64,000 bases of DNA, taken from the NCBI GenBank assembly GCA_000434195.1, contig HF994469.1, positions 23,122 to 87,121 on the forward strand. Reading direction: 5' to 3'. The stretch's first letter is position 1, and each line of letters opens with the position of its first letter. The position numbers were made by a program, and so were the translations under genes. Shown one piece after another: positions 30,242-38,935 of the stretch. This stretch comes from Clostridium sp. CAG:780. Lineage in GTDB: Bacteria > Bacillota > Clostridia > TANB77 > CAG-508. The notes under the pieces are model-generated. The model made no database searches, had not been told where the DNA came from, and saw nothing but the letters and a program-made list of their open reading frames with translations.

Positions 30242-31207
30242 TTATAAATTAATAACTTTTTCTACAATATCTAAATCTTCAATTTTGTTAATGCCAAAGC
30301 ACTTTTTGCCTAAATCTTTTATTGAAGCACCTAGATGATACATTTCTTTATTATCTATTACTATAAATCTATCGTGAAATTTATTTGTTTCAGCAACTTT
30401 TAATATTGGATATTCTTTATTAAATTTTTGAATATCAATTTTTTGTATATTGCTTTTATTAGAAGTTAATATTACAACTTCAACATTCTTATTTTTCTTT
30501 GTAAGCATTTTCAAAACACTATCATCTATATAATTATCTATTATTAAAATTTTCTTGTTTGCTTTTTTAATAATATCGATTATCAAACTGTATGCATCAT
30601 ATATTTGTCCTTCAAAGAATATTTTTTGTTTAATATTTTCTTCATTTTGTAACTGGTCAAATACTTTATCAAATTTTTTGTCATGTTCTAATAATTTATA
30701 CTCTACATTTGTTAATCTTTCAAACAGCTGTCCATTAACCATTAAAAATTTTCTCATCTCTACAAAAGCATCCATTATATTTATGCTTACTTGAATTGCT
30801 ATATCATTTTTAAGCAAACCAGATAACATTGCTATACCTTGTTCAGTAAAAACATATGGCAAATATTTACGATGTTTACCTCTACCAGTATTTTCATTTA
30901 AGGTCGCAAATTGCGACCTTAGAGAAGAATCCTCAAAATTGTCTTGTACAGTAGTTTTGTTTAAGGTCACAATTTGTGACCTTAAACTAGAAAACTCTTC
31001 TTCTGTTAACTGAAAACAAAACTTTTCTGGAAACCTCTCTATATTCCTCTTTACAGCTTGATTTATTTTTTTAGTTTCATAGTGATATAGCATTGCCACA
31101 TCACTATCTAGCATTACTTGTTTTCCTCTTATAGTATATATTAAATTCTTTATTTCTTCATTTGATAGGTTGTCTTGAACTATCAAATTATTTATTTCAT
31201 TTTCCAT
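30242..31207 (-). CDS. ORF6N-domain DNA-binding protein with a C-terminal PLD-like region
   Basis: IRGKQVMLDSDVAMLY..ETKKINQAVKRNIERFPEKFCFQLT (ORF6N/KilA-N-like), YLPYVFTEQGIAMLS, C-terminal FHDRFIVID..YHLGASIKDLGKKCF. Internal 21-aa duplication. Confidence 0.8.
   Translation of the reverse strand: MENEINNLIVQDNLSNEEIKNLIYTIRGKQVMLDSDVAMLYHYETKKINQAVKRNIERFPEKFCFQLTEEEFSSLRSQIVTLNKTTVQDNFEDSSLRSQFATLNENTGRGKHRKYLPYVFTEQGIAMLSGLLKNDIAIQVSINIMDAFVEMRKFLMVNGQLFERLTNVEYKLLEHDKKFDKVFDQLQNEENIKQKIFFEGQIYDAYSLIIDIIKKANKKILIIDNYIDDSVLKMLTKKNKNVEVVILTSNKSNIQKIDIQKFNKEYPILKVAETNKFHDRFIVIDNKEMYHLGASIKDLGKKCFGINKIEDLDIVEKVINL
30899..30921. repeat. Perfect palindrome taaggtcgcaa-a-ttgcgacctta inside the ORF6N gene
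   Basis: 11-nt arms; encodes LRSQFATL. Confidence 0.9.
30961..30985. repeat. Perfect palindrome ttaaggtcacaa-t-ttgtgaccttaa inside the ORF6N gene
   Basis: 12-nt arms; encodes LRSQIVTL; centre lies 63 nt from the first palindrome. Confidence 0.9.
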
Positions 31208-31237
31208 AATTTCACATCCTTATATAAAACTATATAT

Positions 31238-31266
31238 AGTATAAAACATTTGTTTGTTACTGTCAA
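31238..31266 (-). promoter_or_regulatory. Sigma-A-type promoter of the ORF6N gene
   Basis: Minus strand TTGACA, 17 nt, TATACT. Confidence 0.5.
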
Positions 31267-31290
31267 GTGCTTTTCAATATTTATTTTTAT

Positions 31291-31547
<257 letters not shown>

Positions 31548-31581
31548 TTAATCATATCACACCATCCTCAATAAAAGGCAT

Positions 31582-31611
31582 CAAAAAAAAATCAACCTTT
31601 TACAGTTGATT
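31582..31611 (-). terminator. Terminator downstream of tRNA-Leu
   Basis: Minus strand aatcaac/gttgatt stem followed by T9. Confidence 0.6.
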
Positions 31612-31646
31612 TCTTGGTTTTCGTCTGGTGCGACGATTTAATCTTT

Positions 31647-31734
31647 TGGTGCAGATGGCCGGAATCGAACCGGCACGGTTTATTCAACCGCAGGATTTTA
31701 AGTCCTGTGCGTCTACCAGTTCCGCCACATCTGC
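31647..31734 (-). tRNA. tRNA-Leu (anticodon UAA), class II with long variable arm, encoded CCA
   Basis: GCAGATG acceptor stem, GCGGAACTGGTAGACGC D arm, CAGGA-CTTAAAA-TCCTG anticodon arm, long variable arm, GCCGG-TTCGATT-CCGGC T arm, CATCTGC-A-CCA. Confidence 0.9.
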
Positions 31735-31842
31735 ATATATGTACTTTACTGGCTAACAAAATTATTGTACTACAAACTAACTGCTTTTGTCAATACATAT
31801 TTCAAAAAATTTTACAATAATGTCGATAGTGTAAAATTTTAT

Positions 31843-31871
31843 TTGACTTTTCTTAAATATCTGTGTATAAT
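31843..31871 (+). promoter_or_regulatory. Near-consensus promoter driving a short non-coding transcript
   Basis: TTGACT, 17 nt, TATAAT. Confidence 0.55.
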
Positions 31872-31877
31872 AAATAT

Positions 31878-31966
31878 AGGAAATGGAGAAACCACAAACG
31901 TGGTTATGCCAGATATATTGAGAAAACTCACATCTACCTTGCAAAGTACAGATGTGAGCTTTTTTT
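31878..31966 (+). ncRNA. Candidate ~90-nt sRNA (putative type I antitoxin)
   Basis: Bounded by the promoter above and a 9-bp terminator ctcacatct/agatgtgag plus T7. Internal hairpin aaccac-aaac-gtggtt. Convergent with and 3'-overlapping the small hydrophobic ORF. Boundaries are predicted only. Confidence 0.4.
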
Positions 31967-32084
31967 ATTTATGTAGTTGCTTATCAACCCAGTTCTTATA
32001 CAGAACTGCTGTCAAGGCAACGTTTAATGTTAAAGATAACATAAAGGGTATTATAAAAAATAGTATCACTTTAACCATAAACAT
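31965..32084 (-). CDS. 39-aa hydrophobic peptide MFMVKVILFFIIPFMLSLTLNVALTAVLYKNWVDKQLHK (candidate type I toxin); below the ORF-track cut-off
   Basis: AGGAAGGGTGGTG RBS, single TM helix plus charged C-terminus, own promoter, shares a bidirectional terminator with the sRNA. Confidence 0.5.
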   Translation of the reverse strand: MFMVKVILFFIIPFMLSLTLNVALTAVLYKNWVDKQLHK

Positions 32085-32159
32085 CACCACCCTTCCTACG
32101 AAGATTCGTGAAATTGGTGGCAAAACCACATCTGTTTATTCTCATTGCCTATGGGAACT

Positions 32160-32188
32160 AATATAGCACACAATTAAAAATAAATCAA
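32160..32188 (-). promoter_or_regulatory. Extended -10 promoter of the small hydrophobic ORF
   Basis: Minus strand TTGATT, 17 nt, TGcTATATT. Confidence 0.5.
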
Positions 32189-32277
32189 TATAAAAGAAAC
32201 AAATTTTCGTAAAACTTTTTAATTAAATTTCTTGATTTTTATGAAAAAATCTGTTAATTTATATATATAATAAGATT

Positions 32278-33222
32278 ATGAAAAGAGGATTTCTGATGAA
32301 TAATAAAGTAATAAATAAACAAATACCATTAGAAACTATAGTAAAAGTTGCTAATTATTTAGAAAAATACAAAGAAGAATATGATAGAAAATTTGAATTA
32401 GAACAAAATAAAAATAAGAATATTCCTTATGGAGAAAAGCAATGGGAATATGAAAATGGAAATACGACGATAAATTACACAATAGAATTTAAAAATGGGA
32501 AGAATATAAAAGAAAGTGATTATAACTGGTTTGCACAAAACTTAAATCAGCCAAGTATAATAAAAAGCATAGCTATAGATTTATATGTTAGCTTTTATAC
32601 AAAAGGTCCAAATAATACTATTAATGATATATATAATAAAATTAATGTTTCATTATATTTTAGAGAATTTGATGTTACTATAGATGTAGATACTACAAAC
32701 CAAGAAAATGAAGCACATAATTTATATTCAGAAGTTATGAATATTTTAGAAGATAATGAAGATAGATATAATAAAACTATGAAACATAGAAAAATAAGAA
32801 CACAATGTTTCACAATATCTGTAGGAATAATTTTGTCTTATATTTTATATGCTATAATAAAATTAAATATCAGCAAGATGTCTCCTTTTGTTAATGAATA
32901 TCTAAATAATAAATACTTTTTGATATTTGGACAGTGGTTTATTGCTATTTTATTAGGAAATATATTTTCATATTGGTATATTCTATCAATATATAGACCA
33001 CTATTACCAAATACAAAATATACAGGATATAATTATTCTACTGGCAAAGGAAATTATACTGATGATGTTGATGACTATGTAGAACATTCAGAAGTACATT
33101 TTGGAAAATACTGGGATGCAGAAAAGAGAAGAAAAAAGATTGAAAAAATATATAAAGTTACTAGAATGATTTTACTCGTACAATTAGTTATTAGTGCTAT
33201 TTTATTCCTTATATTAAAATAA
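32278..33222 (+). CDS. Hypothetical membrane protein: ~170-aa soluble N-domain plus 3 TM segments
   Basis: First gene of a tightly spaced five-gene operon. TM stretches FTISVGIILSYILYAIIKL, FLIFGQWFIAILLGNIFSYWYIL, ILLVQLVISAILFLIL. Alternative start ATG 32296. Confidence 0.65.
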   Translation: MKRGFLMNNKVINKQIPLETIVKVANYLEKYKEEYDRKFELEQNKNKNIPYGEKQWEYENGNTTINYTIEFKNGKNIKESDYNWFAQNLNQPSIIKSIAIDLYVSFYTKGPNNTINDIYNKINVSLYFREFDVTIDVDTTNQENEAHNLYSEVMNILEDNEDRYNKTMKHRKIRTQCFTISVGIILSYILYAIIKLNISKMSPFVNEYLNNKYFLIFGQWFIAILLGNIFSYWYILSIYRPLLPNTKYTGYNYSTGKGNYTDDVDDYVEHSEVHFGKYWDAEKRRKKIEKIYKVTRMILLVQLVISAILFLILK

Positions 33223-33242
33223 CACTATGAAAAGAGGATAAA

Positions 33243-33692
33243 ATGGTTAGTGTAGAATATGCAAATGCTTATAGTGAAGTTTTAGAGATATTAAAGTTTA
33301 TTTCTAAAGAAGATTATGAGAAGATTCCTGCAAGTAAGATAGAATTATTTAAGATAAATTCGAATAAAGAATATAAATTTACATATAATCCTGAAAAGAC
33401 ATTGGATGAACAAAATGTTTCTAAAAGAGCAAAAGCAATAATAGGAATATTATTTAGAGATTACTGGGCAACAGAGGTACAAAGAGAGAAAATTATCAGA
33501 AAGCAAAAAAATGATAGATTAATATTAGAAGAACAAAAAAAGTTATTATATGATACTGAGAATATATTAAAAAAACAAGATATTTGTGGTGAAACAGAAG
33601 TAAAAGAAGAAGTTAATGAAATGGTAGTCTATAAAGCAAATTTTATTACAAGAGTTTTTAATAAAATTAAAAAATTTTTAAAAATAAAATAA
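33243..33692 (+). CDS. Hypothetical soluble protein (149 aa)
   Basis: AGAGGA RBS, 20-nt gap to the upstream gene; no motif recognised. Confidence 0.65.
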   Translation: MVSVEYANAYSEVLEILKFISKEDYEKIPASKIELFKINSNKEYKFTYNPEKTLDEQNVSKRAKAIIGILFRDYWATEVQREKIIRKQKNDRLILEEQKKLLYDTENILKKQDICGETEVKEEVNEMVVYKANFITRVFNKIKKFLKIK

Positions 33693-33725
33693 TATTTCTT
33701 ATACTATTAAGAAAAGAAAGAACCA

Positions 33726-34670
33726 ATGAAGGGATTGTTTATGGCTAAAAATGAAATAATCAAAATAAATTCAGAAATGTTAAATAAAATGCAAGTATTA
33801 GGAAGAGGTGCTTGTTCAGTTGTATATAAATATGGAGATAATCAAGTTATTAAAGTATTAAATGAAAGTGGTATGAAACTTCATAACGAAGAACAATTTG
33901 AACAATTACTAAGAATTAATAATGATATTTGTGTATTCCCACAAAATAAGGTTGAAATTGATGGAAAATTCCAAGGATATACAATGGAATTTGTTGATGG
34001 ACAACAATTACAAGAAAAAATAGGAAAAATCGATTTAGATACATTAATAGGCGCAATAAAAAAAGCAGAACGAGATATAAGAAATTTGGCACAAGATAAA
34101 GTATTCTTTCAAGATTTAAATCAAGGAGGAATAATGTGGGATGAAAAAAGTGATAGAATAAAAATTATAGATACAGACTTTTTTGAAGTTAATCAAGATT
34201 TTGAAGAAGAAGAATGTTTTAATGCAAATATGACATCGTTTAATACAATGTTAGAAATGGAATTGGGAATAATGGCAGGACAAGCAAAGGGATTAGCAGA
34301 GTATTTACATACCAATCCACAATTTAGTAATGCTTATAGGGAATATATATTAGGCTCATTAATGGGAAAAGAGTCTTCTGTAGTTGATTTAATTCAAATT
34401 GCAAGAGAAGTAATAGAAAATGAATTTGGAGTTATACCACAAAATTTAGCAGAAATGAGAGAATTAGTAGGTGAACAAGAAATTGAAATATCTGATGTTA
34501 CAGATACACCTACATTTTTGCCTCCTGATCAACAAGTTGGTACTCCTATTTTAGGAAAGCAAGTATTAGAAGAAATGTCAGATACACAATTGACCGATGA
34601 AACGGAGAATGAAATGGCAAGTCAAGAATTGGAATTACAACAACAAAGTAGTGTAGAACAAGCAAGATGA
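33726..34670 (+). CDS. Protein-kinase-fold protein, atypical catalytic motifs (314 aa)
   Basis: Gly-rich loop LGRGACSVVYK, VIKVL (VAIK-like Lys), FQDLNQGGIMWD in place of HRDLKPxN, IKIIDTDFF in place of DFG, acidic/Q-rich tail. Alternative start 33741. Confidence 0.6.
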   Translation: MKGLFMAKNEIIKINSEMLNKMQVLGRGACSVVYKYGDNQVIKVLNESGMKLHNEEQFEQLLRINNDICVFPQNKVEIDGKFQGYTMEFVDGQQLQEKIGKIDLDTLIGAIKKAERDIRNLAQDKVFFQDLNQGGIMWDEKSDRIKIIDTDFFEVNQDFEEEECFNANMTSFNTMLEMELGIMAGQAKGLAEYLHTNPQFSNAYREYILGSLMGKESSVVDLIQIAREVIENEFGVIPQNLAEMRELVGEQEIEISDVTDTPTFLPPDQQVGTPILGKQVLEEMSDTQLTDETENEMASQELELQQQSSVEQAR

Positions 34671-34705
34671 CTTTAGAAATATCTTAAAAAGGAGAGGATG
34701 AGCGA

Positions 34706-35410
34706 ATGAATAAAGAAAATATAAAAAATATTTTAATGTCAATAAGAAATCCGGAAAATGAACATATAGTAAATTATCTGTTAGGACAAGTGGATATGAA
34801 AGACGATAAAAGTATTAGTGAAATTGCAGAAAGTTTAGGAAACGACGAAAATAATATAAGAACTTTTTTATTGAAAAAAATTCAAGAAAAACAAGAGCAG
34901 ACAAATGACGAAAAATATCCAATTAATGATATGTTTACTTATGGGGTGTCAGAACATTGCATTCATTTACATTTGCCGGGAGATTTGAATAAGAAAATGG
35001 CTGAAAATGGAATAGTAAAAACTATATCGATGGTTAATCTAAGACTATTAGATGCCATAAGCAAAATACAAGCTTTAAAGGATGAAAAGTTTTATAGATT
35101 TGAAGGTAAAGATAGTATATATATGATTTCTCCTATAGTAATAAAAAGAGAGATGAGATTTTTAGAAGGATTGGATTTTAAAACTCAATCATATAGCAAA
35201 AAACAATTAGAAGATGAAAAATTTGTTAGAGAAAATCCTGAAGCGGAGCTTGCTGTTCATATCTTTGGAAAAGGTAAAAATATTGGTACTGCATCAATAG
35301 ATTTTGATACAATTAATACAACAGAATGGCAAGAAAAAAGAGATACCGCAATGAAGGAGTTAAGAGAAAAATTAGCAAATAGAGAAGATAAAACTGATAT
35401 AGAGAAATAA
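34706..35410 (+). CDS. Hypothetical protein (234 aa)
   Basis: GGAGAGGATGAG RBS; no motif recognised. Confidence 0.65.
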   Translation: MNKENIKNILMSIRNPENEHIVNYLLGQVDMKDDKSISEIAESLGNDENNIRTFLLKKIQEKQEQTNDEKYPINDMFTYGVSEHCIHLHLPGDLNKKMAENGIVKTISMVNLRLLDAISKIQALKDEKFYRFEGKDSIYMISPIVIKREMRFLEGLDFKTQSYSKKQLEDEKFVRENPEAELAVHIFGKGKNIGTASIDFDTINTTEWQEKRDTAMKELREKLANREDKTDIEK

Positions 35411-35428
35411 GACTTAAGGGAGGAAATT

Positions 35429-35995
35429 ATGACAGAAAAGGAAAAGATGTTGGTTGGAGAGCTATACAATGCTAACTATGATGAAAATTTGATAAATGAA
35501 AGAAATCTAGCAAAAGAAAAATGCTTTGAATATAACAATATAAAACCATCAGATACAGAAAAAAGAACTAAAGTGATGAAAGCAATATTAGGACATACAG
35601 GTGAGAAATTTTTAATAGAACAACCATTTATTTGTGACTATGGATATAACATAAAAATAGGTGAAAATTTTTATTCAAATCATAATTTAATAATATTAGA
35701 TGCGAATACGGTAGAATTTGGAAATAATGTATTTATAGCACCAAATTGTGGTTTCTATACAGCAGGACATCCATTGGACTATAAAACAAGAAATGAAGGG
35801 CTAGAATACGGAAAGCCTATTAAAATTGGAAACAATGTATGGATTGGTGGAAATGTTATTGTACTTCCAGGAGTGACGATAGGCGACAATTCTGTTATAG
35901 GCGCAGGAAGTGTGGTAAATAAAGATATACCAGCAAATGTGGTAGCAGTTGGAAAACCTTGTAAAGTAATAAAAGAATTACAAAATAGTAAATAA
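35429..35995 (+). CDS. maa: Maltose/galactoside O-acetyltransferase (hexapeptide-repeat family)
   Basis: N-terminal Mac domain (MLVGELYNANYDE..L), left-handed beta-helix repeats IGNNVWIGGNVIVLPGVTIGDNSVIGAGSVV. Confidence 0.9.
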   Translation: MTEKEKMLVGELYNANYDENLINERNLAKEKCFEYNNIKPSDTEKRTKVMKAILGHTGEKFLIEQPFICDYGYNIKIGENFYSNHNLIILDANTVEFGNNVFIAPNCGFYTAGHPLDYKTRNEGLEYGKPIKIGNNVWIGGNVIVLPGVTIGDNSVIGAGSVVNKDIPANVVAVGKPCKVIKELQNSK

Positions 35996-36042
35996 AACAC
36001 ACGATTAGAGTAAAAAGTCCAGAATAAAAAACGTTAAAGGTA

Positions 36043-36071
36043 TTGAATTATTATGTAAAGTATGATATAAT
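36043..36071 (+). promoter_or_regulatory. Consensus-like AT-rich promoter in front of a GC-rich ORF
   Basis: TTGAAT, 17 nt, TATAAT, then AAAGGGGAG RBS. Confidence 0.5.
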
Positions 36072-36113
36072 AATTCCAGCAATTCCCAATTTGAAGAAAG
36101 GGGAGAAAATTTT

Positions 36114-36455
36114 ATGACTATGGTAGAACGCCTGAATAAGCTTACCTATGGACCTTTGTTGGGCTTGAAGCCTGGCACGGTGATAGGCATCTTTCGAGAC
36201 AAACAAGAAAGTGTACGCTTTGCTGGGCGCGAGCCTTGGAACCATCCGGTGAAAAACCGGAATGTGTTCTGGGATTTGACCCGGCATAAGAAAATCAAGT
36301 ATCTGGGTAACTATAGGTCTACTTTGGTCCCCGCTATCTTCTTTGACGCCAGTGCGTTGTATGACGAGGCGTTTAAAAGAAAGGTACGAGTTGAACTGCT
36401 TATGTTGCAGTTCGACCCCGATGAGTTGCAGATTTTTACTTATCAGATTAAGTAA
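36114..36455 (+). CDS. Hypothetical protein (113 aa), compositionally foreign (high G+C)
   Basis: The G+C jump begins at the ATG. Two in-frame CGG codons (AAC-CGG-AAT, ACC-CGG-CAT). No family recognised. Confidence 0.55.
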   Translation: MTMVERLNKLTYGPLLGLKPGTVIGIFRDKQESVRFAGREPWNHPVKNRNVFWDLTRHKKIKYLGNYRSTLVPAIFFDASALYDEAFKRKVRVELLMLQFDPDELQIFTYQIK

Positions 36456-36467
36456 AAGTTAAACGCA

Positions 36468-36500
36468 AAATAGCCACATTCGATAAGAATGTGGCTATTT
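36468..36500. terminator. Bidirectional terminator between the two convergent GC-rich ORFs
   Basis: aaatagccacatt/aatgtggctattt 13-bp stem flanked by A-run and T-run. Confidence 0.75.
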
Positions 36501-36515
36501 TGTATGAGGGATTTA

Positions 36516-37166
36516 TTAGCAAAACCAACTGCTTTCTTCAAAACCGCGTTGCTTCAGCGAAACCGGAACTTTGCTGTTGGAAGAAACGTAAGTATTTCCG
36601 TCCAGATAGACAAAAACAGTACAATTCTTTACCGTGGCAAAATGCCCAACTTTAGCAGCTGCTTGGTTGTCAAAACAGTCTGTGGCTAAAATGGGGTAGA
36701 AGGTTATTCCTTCAAAAATGGTTCCCCCAGGAATTACCCGAATGCAATGCTGAAACAATGTATCAGGTAAGCCCTTTAGTCCAACGATAGAACAGTAGCT
36801 TGCACAATCCTCACGGAACTTTGCTTGTTGCGAAGACTTGACGAATTCGCTCAGCGGGGAAAGAACTTTTTTACCTTCTTCATTCAACTGAAAATCAGGA
36901 TTAAGAATGAAGTTGTCAGAACGGATAAAACCGTTGTTCCACAACACCTTTAAATACTTAATGGCGTCGGGGAGAAGATAAAGTTTGCCACCGGAAGAAA
37001 ATACAAGAACTCCTTTTCCGGAAAGGTAGGTGCGATCTCGCTCACTGAACCAGATGCCATGAAATTCTTCGCGATAAGCAAGTTTTTTGCGCTTAACAAG
37101 TTCCCTCTCGTTTGAGACAGGAAGAGCTACGCTCTTTAAAAATGTGAGGTCTTTGCTGTCCTTCAT
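36516..37166 (-). CDS. Hypothetical protein (216 aa), compositionally foreign (high G+C)
   Basis: AAAGGAGAG RBS; one in-frame CGG (ATT-CGG-GTA); no family recognised. Confidence 0.55.
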   Translation of the reverse strand: MKDSKDLTFLKSVALPVSNERELVKRKKLAYREEFHGIWFSERDRTYLSGKGVLVFSSGGKLYLLPDAIKYLKVLWNNGFIRSDNFILNPDFQLNEEGKKVLSPLSEFVKSSQQAKFREDCASYCSIVGLKGLPDTLFQHCIRVIPGGTIFEGITFYPILATDCFDNQAAAKVGHFATVKNCTVFVYLDGNTYVSSNSKVPVSLKQRGFEESSWFC

Positions 37167-37361
37167 AATTACTCTCCTTTATTAATATAAAATGATTTGT
37201 AATGCCTAAGTTGTCCAACAAGGAGATTAAAAAACTTAGAATACTTATAGTATACCATAAATTTACATAAAATGCAAATTCAACATAAGTAAAAAGCAAC
37301 ATTTTAAGGATATAATAAAAACATTCTACTATATATTAAGCAGAATGCTTATAAATATAAA

Positions 37362-38219
37362 TTATATAGGGTTAACATGAATTATTGACAAATATACAGA
37401 ATCTAAAGAGTTTAATTCCTTTTCTAGTTTGTCAGCGATTTGATGACTATCAAAAGTAGACATATTTCCGTCAACATATATTGAAATGGAAATTAAATAT
37501 TTGTATCCCACAGGCTTTGAAGTAAGATGGTTAATCTTTTGAATAGAGGGATAGTTCTTAACTATATCCAAAATTTTTTGCTTGGTTTCGTCGTCCATAG
37601 AAGAATCCATTAAAACATCATAACTGTCAATAAAGAGCTTGATTCCAGTAATACAAATTAAAATAGAAATGCCAATACCAACAATACCGTCAAACCAGTA
37701 TATTCCAAACATGCTAAGAATAATAGAAATCAATGTAAAAGTTGTAACAATACAATCGTTTCTATGATCTTGTTTTAAGGCTTTTATAAGTATGCTGTCA
37801 GTCCTTTTTGATAAAAATCTGGTATATACAAAAAGTATCAGTTTAATTGTAATTGTGATAATGCAGACGATTATTGCTAGATTTGGAACAGAAATTTCTT
37901 TAGGATTAAACAAAGAAATAACCGAATCATATATTAATTTCAAGGCAATAAAAATCATTGATAAACTAATGAACAAAGAAAATATGTATTCAGCTTTTCC
38001 GTGTCCAAAATTATGAGAGTCGTCGCTAGGAGCTCTTGAAATTTTTCCACCAATATAGCTCATTAAAGAAGCAAAAATGTCTCCTGCACTATTTGCTGCA
38101 TCAGCGATTAAAGCTTGGCTTTTACTCAGAAAACCCACAATAAACTTGATAATTAGTAAAAAAATATTTCCAGCAATTCCAGCAATAGTAGCTTTATGAA
38201 TATCAGAATATCTCTCCAT
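37362..38219 (-). CDS. Cation diffusion facilitator family transporter
   Basis: ALIADAANSAGDIFAS, HNFGHGKAEY motifs, 6 TM segments plus a cytoplasmic C-domain. Confidence 0.9.
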   Translation of the reverse strand: MERYSDIHKATIAGIAGNIFLLIIKFIVGFLSKSQALIADAANSAGDIFASLMSYIGGKISRAPSDDSHNFGHGKAEYIFSLFISLSMIFIALKLIYDSVISLFNPKEISVPNLAIIVCIITITIKLILFVYTRFLSKRTDSILIKALKQDHRNDCIVTTFTLISIILSMFGIYWFDGIVGIGISILICITGIKLFIDSYDVLMDSSMDDETKQKILDIVKNYPSIQKINHLTSKPVGYKYLISISIYVDGNMSTFDSHQIADKLEKELNSLDSVYLSIIHVNPI

Positions 38220-38392
38220 GATAATAACACTCCTTATAATTTAAGTATAATAAGAATGATATCATAAATATGCCTTAATATCTACTATTTTAATAAAATT
38301 GAAAAAAATATAAATTTTCTTTGACTTTTTGTAATAAATAGCTTAGAATAGAGGAGAATAAGAATTAGATAAAAAGAAAAGAGGTTTTTTAT

Positions 38393-38932
38393 ATGAATAT
38401 ATGGCATGACATAGCAGAAGATAGAATAAAAAAAGATGATTTTGTAGCGGTTGTTGAAATACCAAAAGGTTGCAAAAACAAGTATGAACTTGATAAAAAA
38501 ACAGGAATGTTAAGACTAGATAGAATTTTATATACAGCGACACATTATCCAGCAAATTATGGATTTATTCCAAGAACATATGCAGGAGATCACGACCCAC
38601 TAGATGTACTAGTTCTTTGCCAAGAACCAATTTATCCATTAACATTGGTGGAATGTTATCCTGTGGGAGTTCTAAGAATGACTGATAGCAATGAAGAAGA
38701 TGAAAAAATAATAGCAATAGCAAAAAAAGATCCTTTCTTAAATTGCTATAATGACATATCAGAACTTCCAGCACAATTATCAGCTGAAATAATGCACTTT
38801 TTTGAAGTGTACAAACAATTAGAAGGAAAGAAAACAACAATAGATAAAATGATGGGAAGAAAAGAAGCAGAAGAGGTCATACAAGAAACAATAGATAACT
38901 ATAAAAAGGAATTTGAAAATAAAGAGGGGTAA
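38393..38932 (+). CDS. ppa: Inorganic pyrophosphatase, family I
   Basis: VVEIPKG.KNKYELDK, YPANYGFIPRT..GDHDPLDVLVL. Confidence 0.93.
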   Translation: MNIWHDIAEDRIKKDDFVAVVEIPKGCKNKYELDKKTGMLRLDRILYTATHYPANYGFIPRTYAGDHDPLDVLVLCQEPIYPLTLVECYPVGVLRMTDSNEEDEKIIAIAKKDPFLNCYNDISELPAQLSAEIMHFFEVYKQLEGKKTTIDKMMGRKEAEEVIQETIDNYKKEFENKEG

Positions 38933-38935
38933 ACG

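Noticed and set aside
31765-32166. 133-aa plus-strand ORF from the track, downstream of tRNA-Leu
   Set aside because: It has no RBS, is low-complexity, and runs through a strong terminator. It overlaps the better-supported sRNA/toxin pair, so it is probably spurious.
36051-36287. 78-aa minus-strand ORF overlapping the 5' part of the 113-aa GC-rich ORF
   Set aside because: It has no RBS and lies antisense to an ORF that has a promoter, RBS and terminator.
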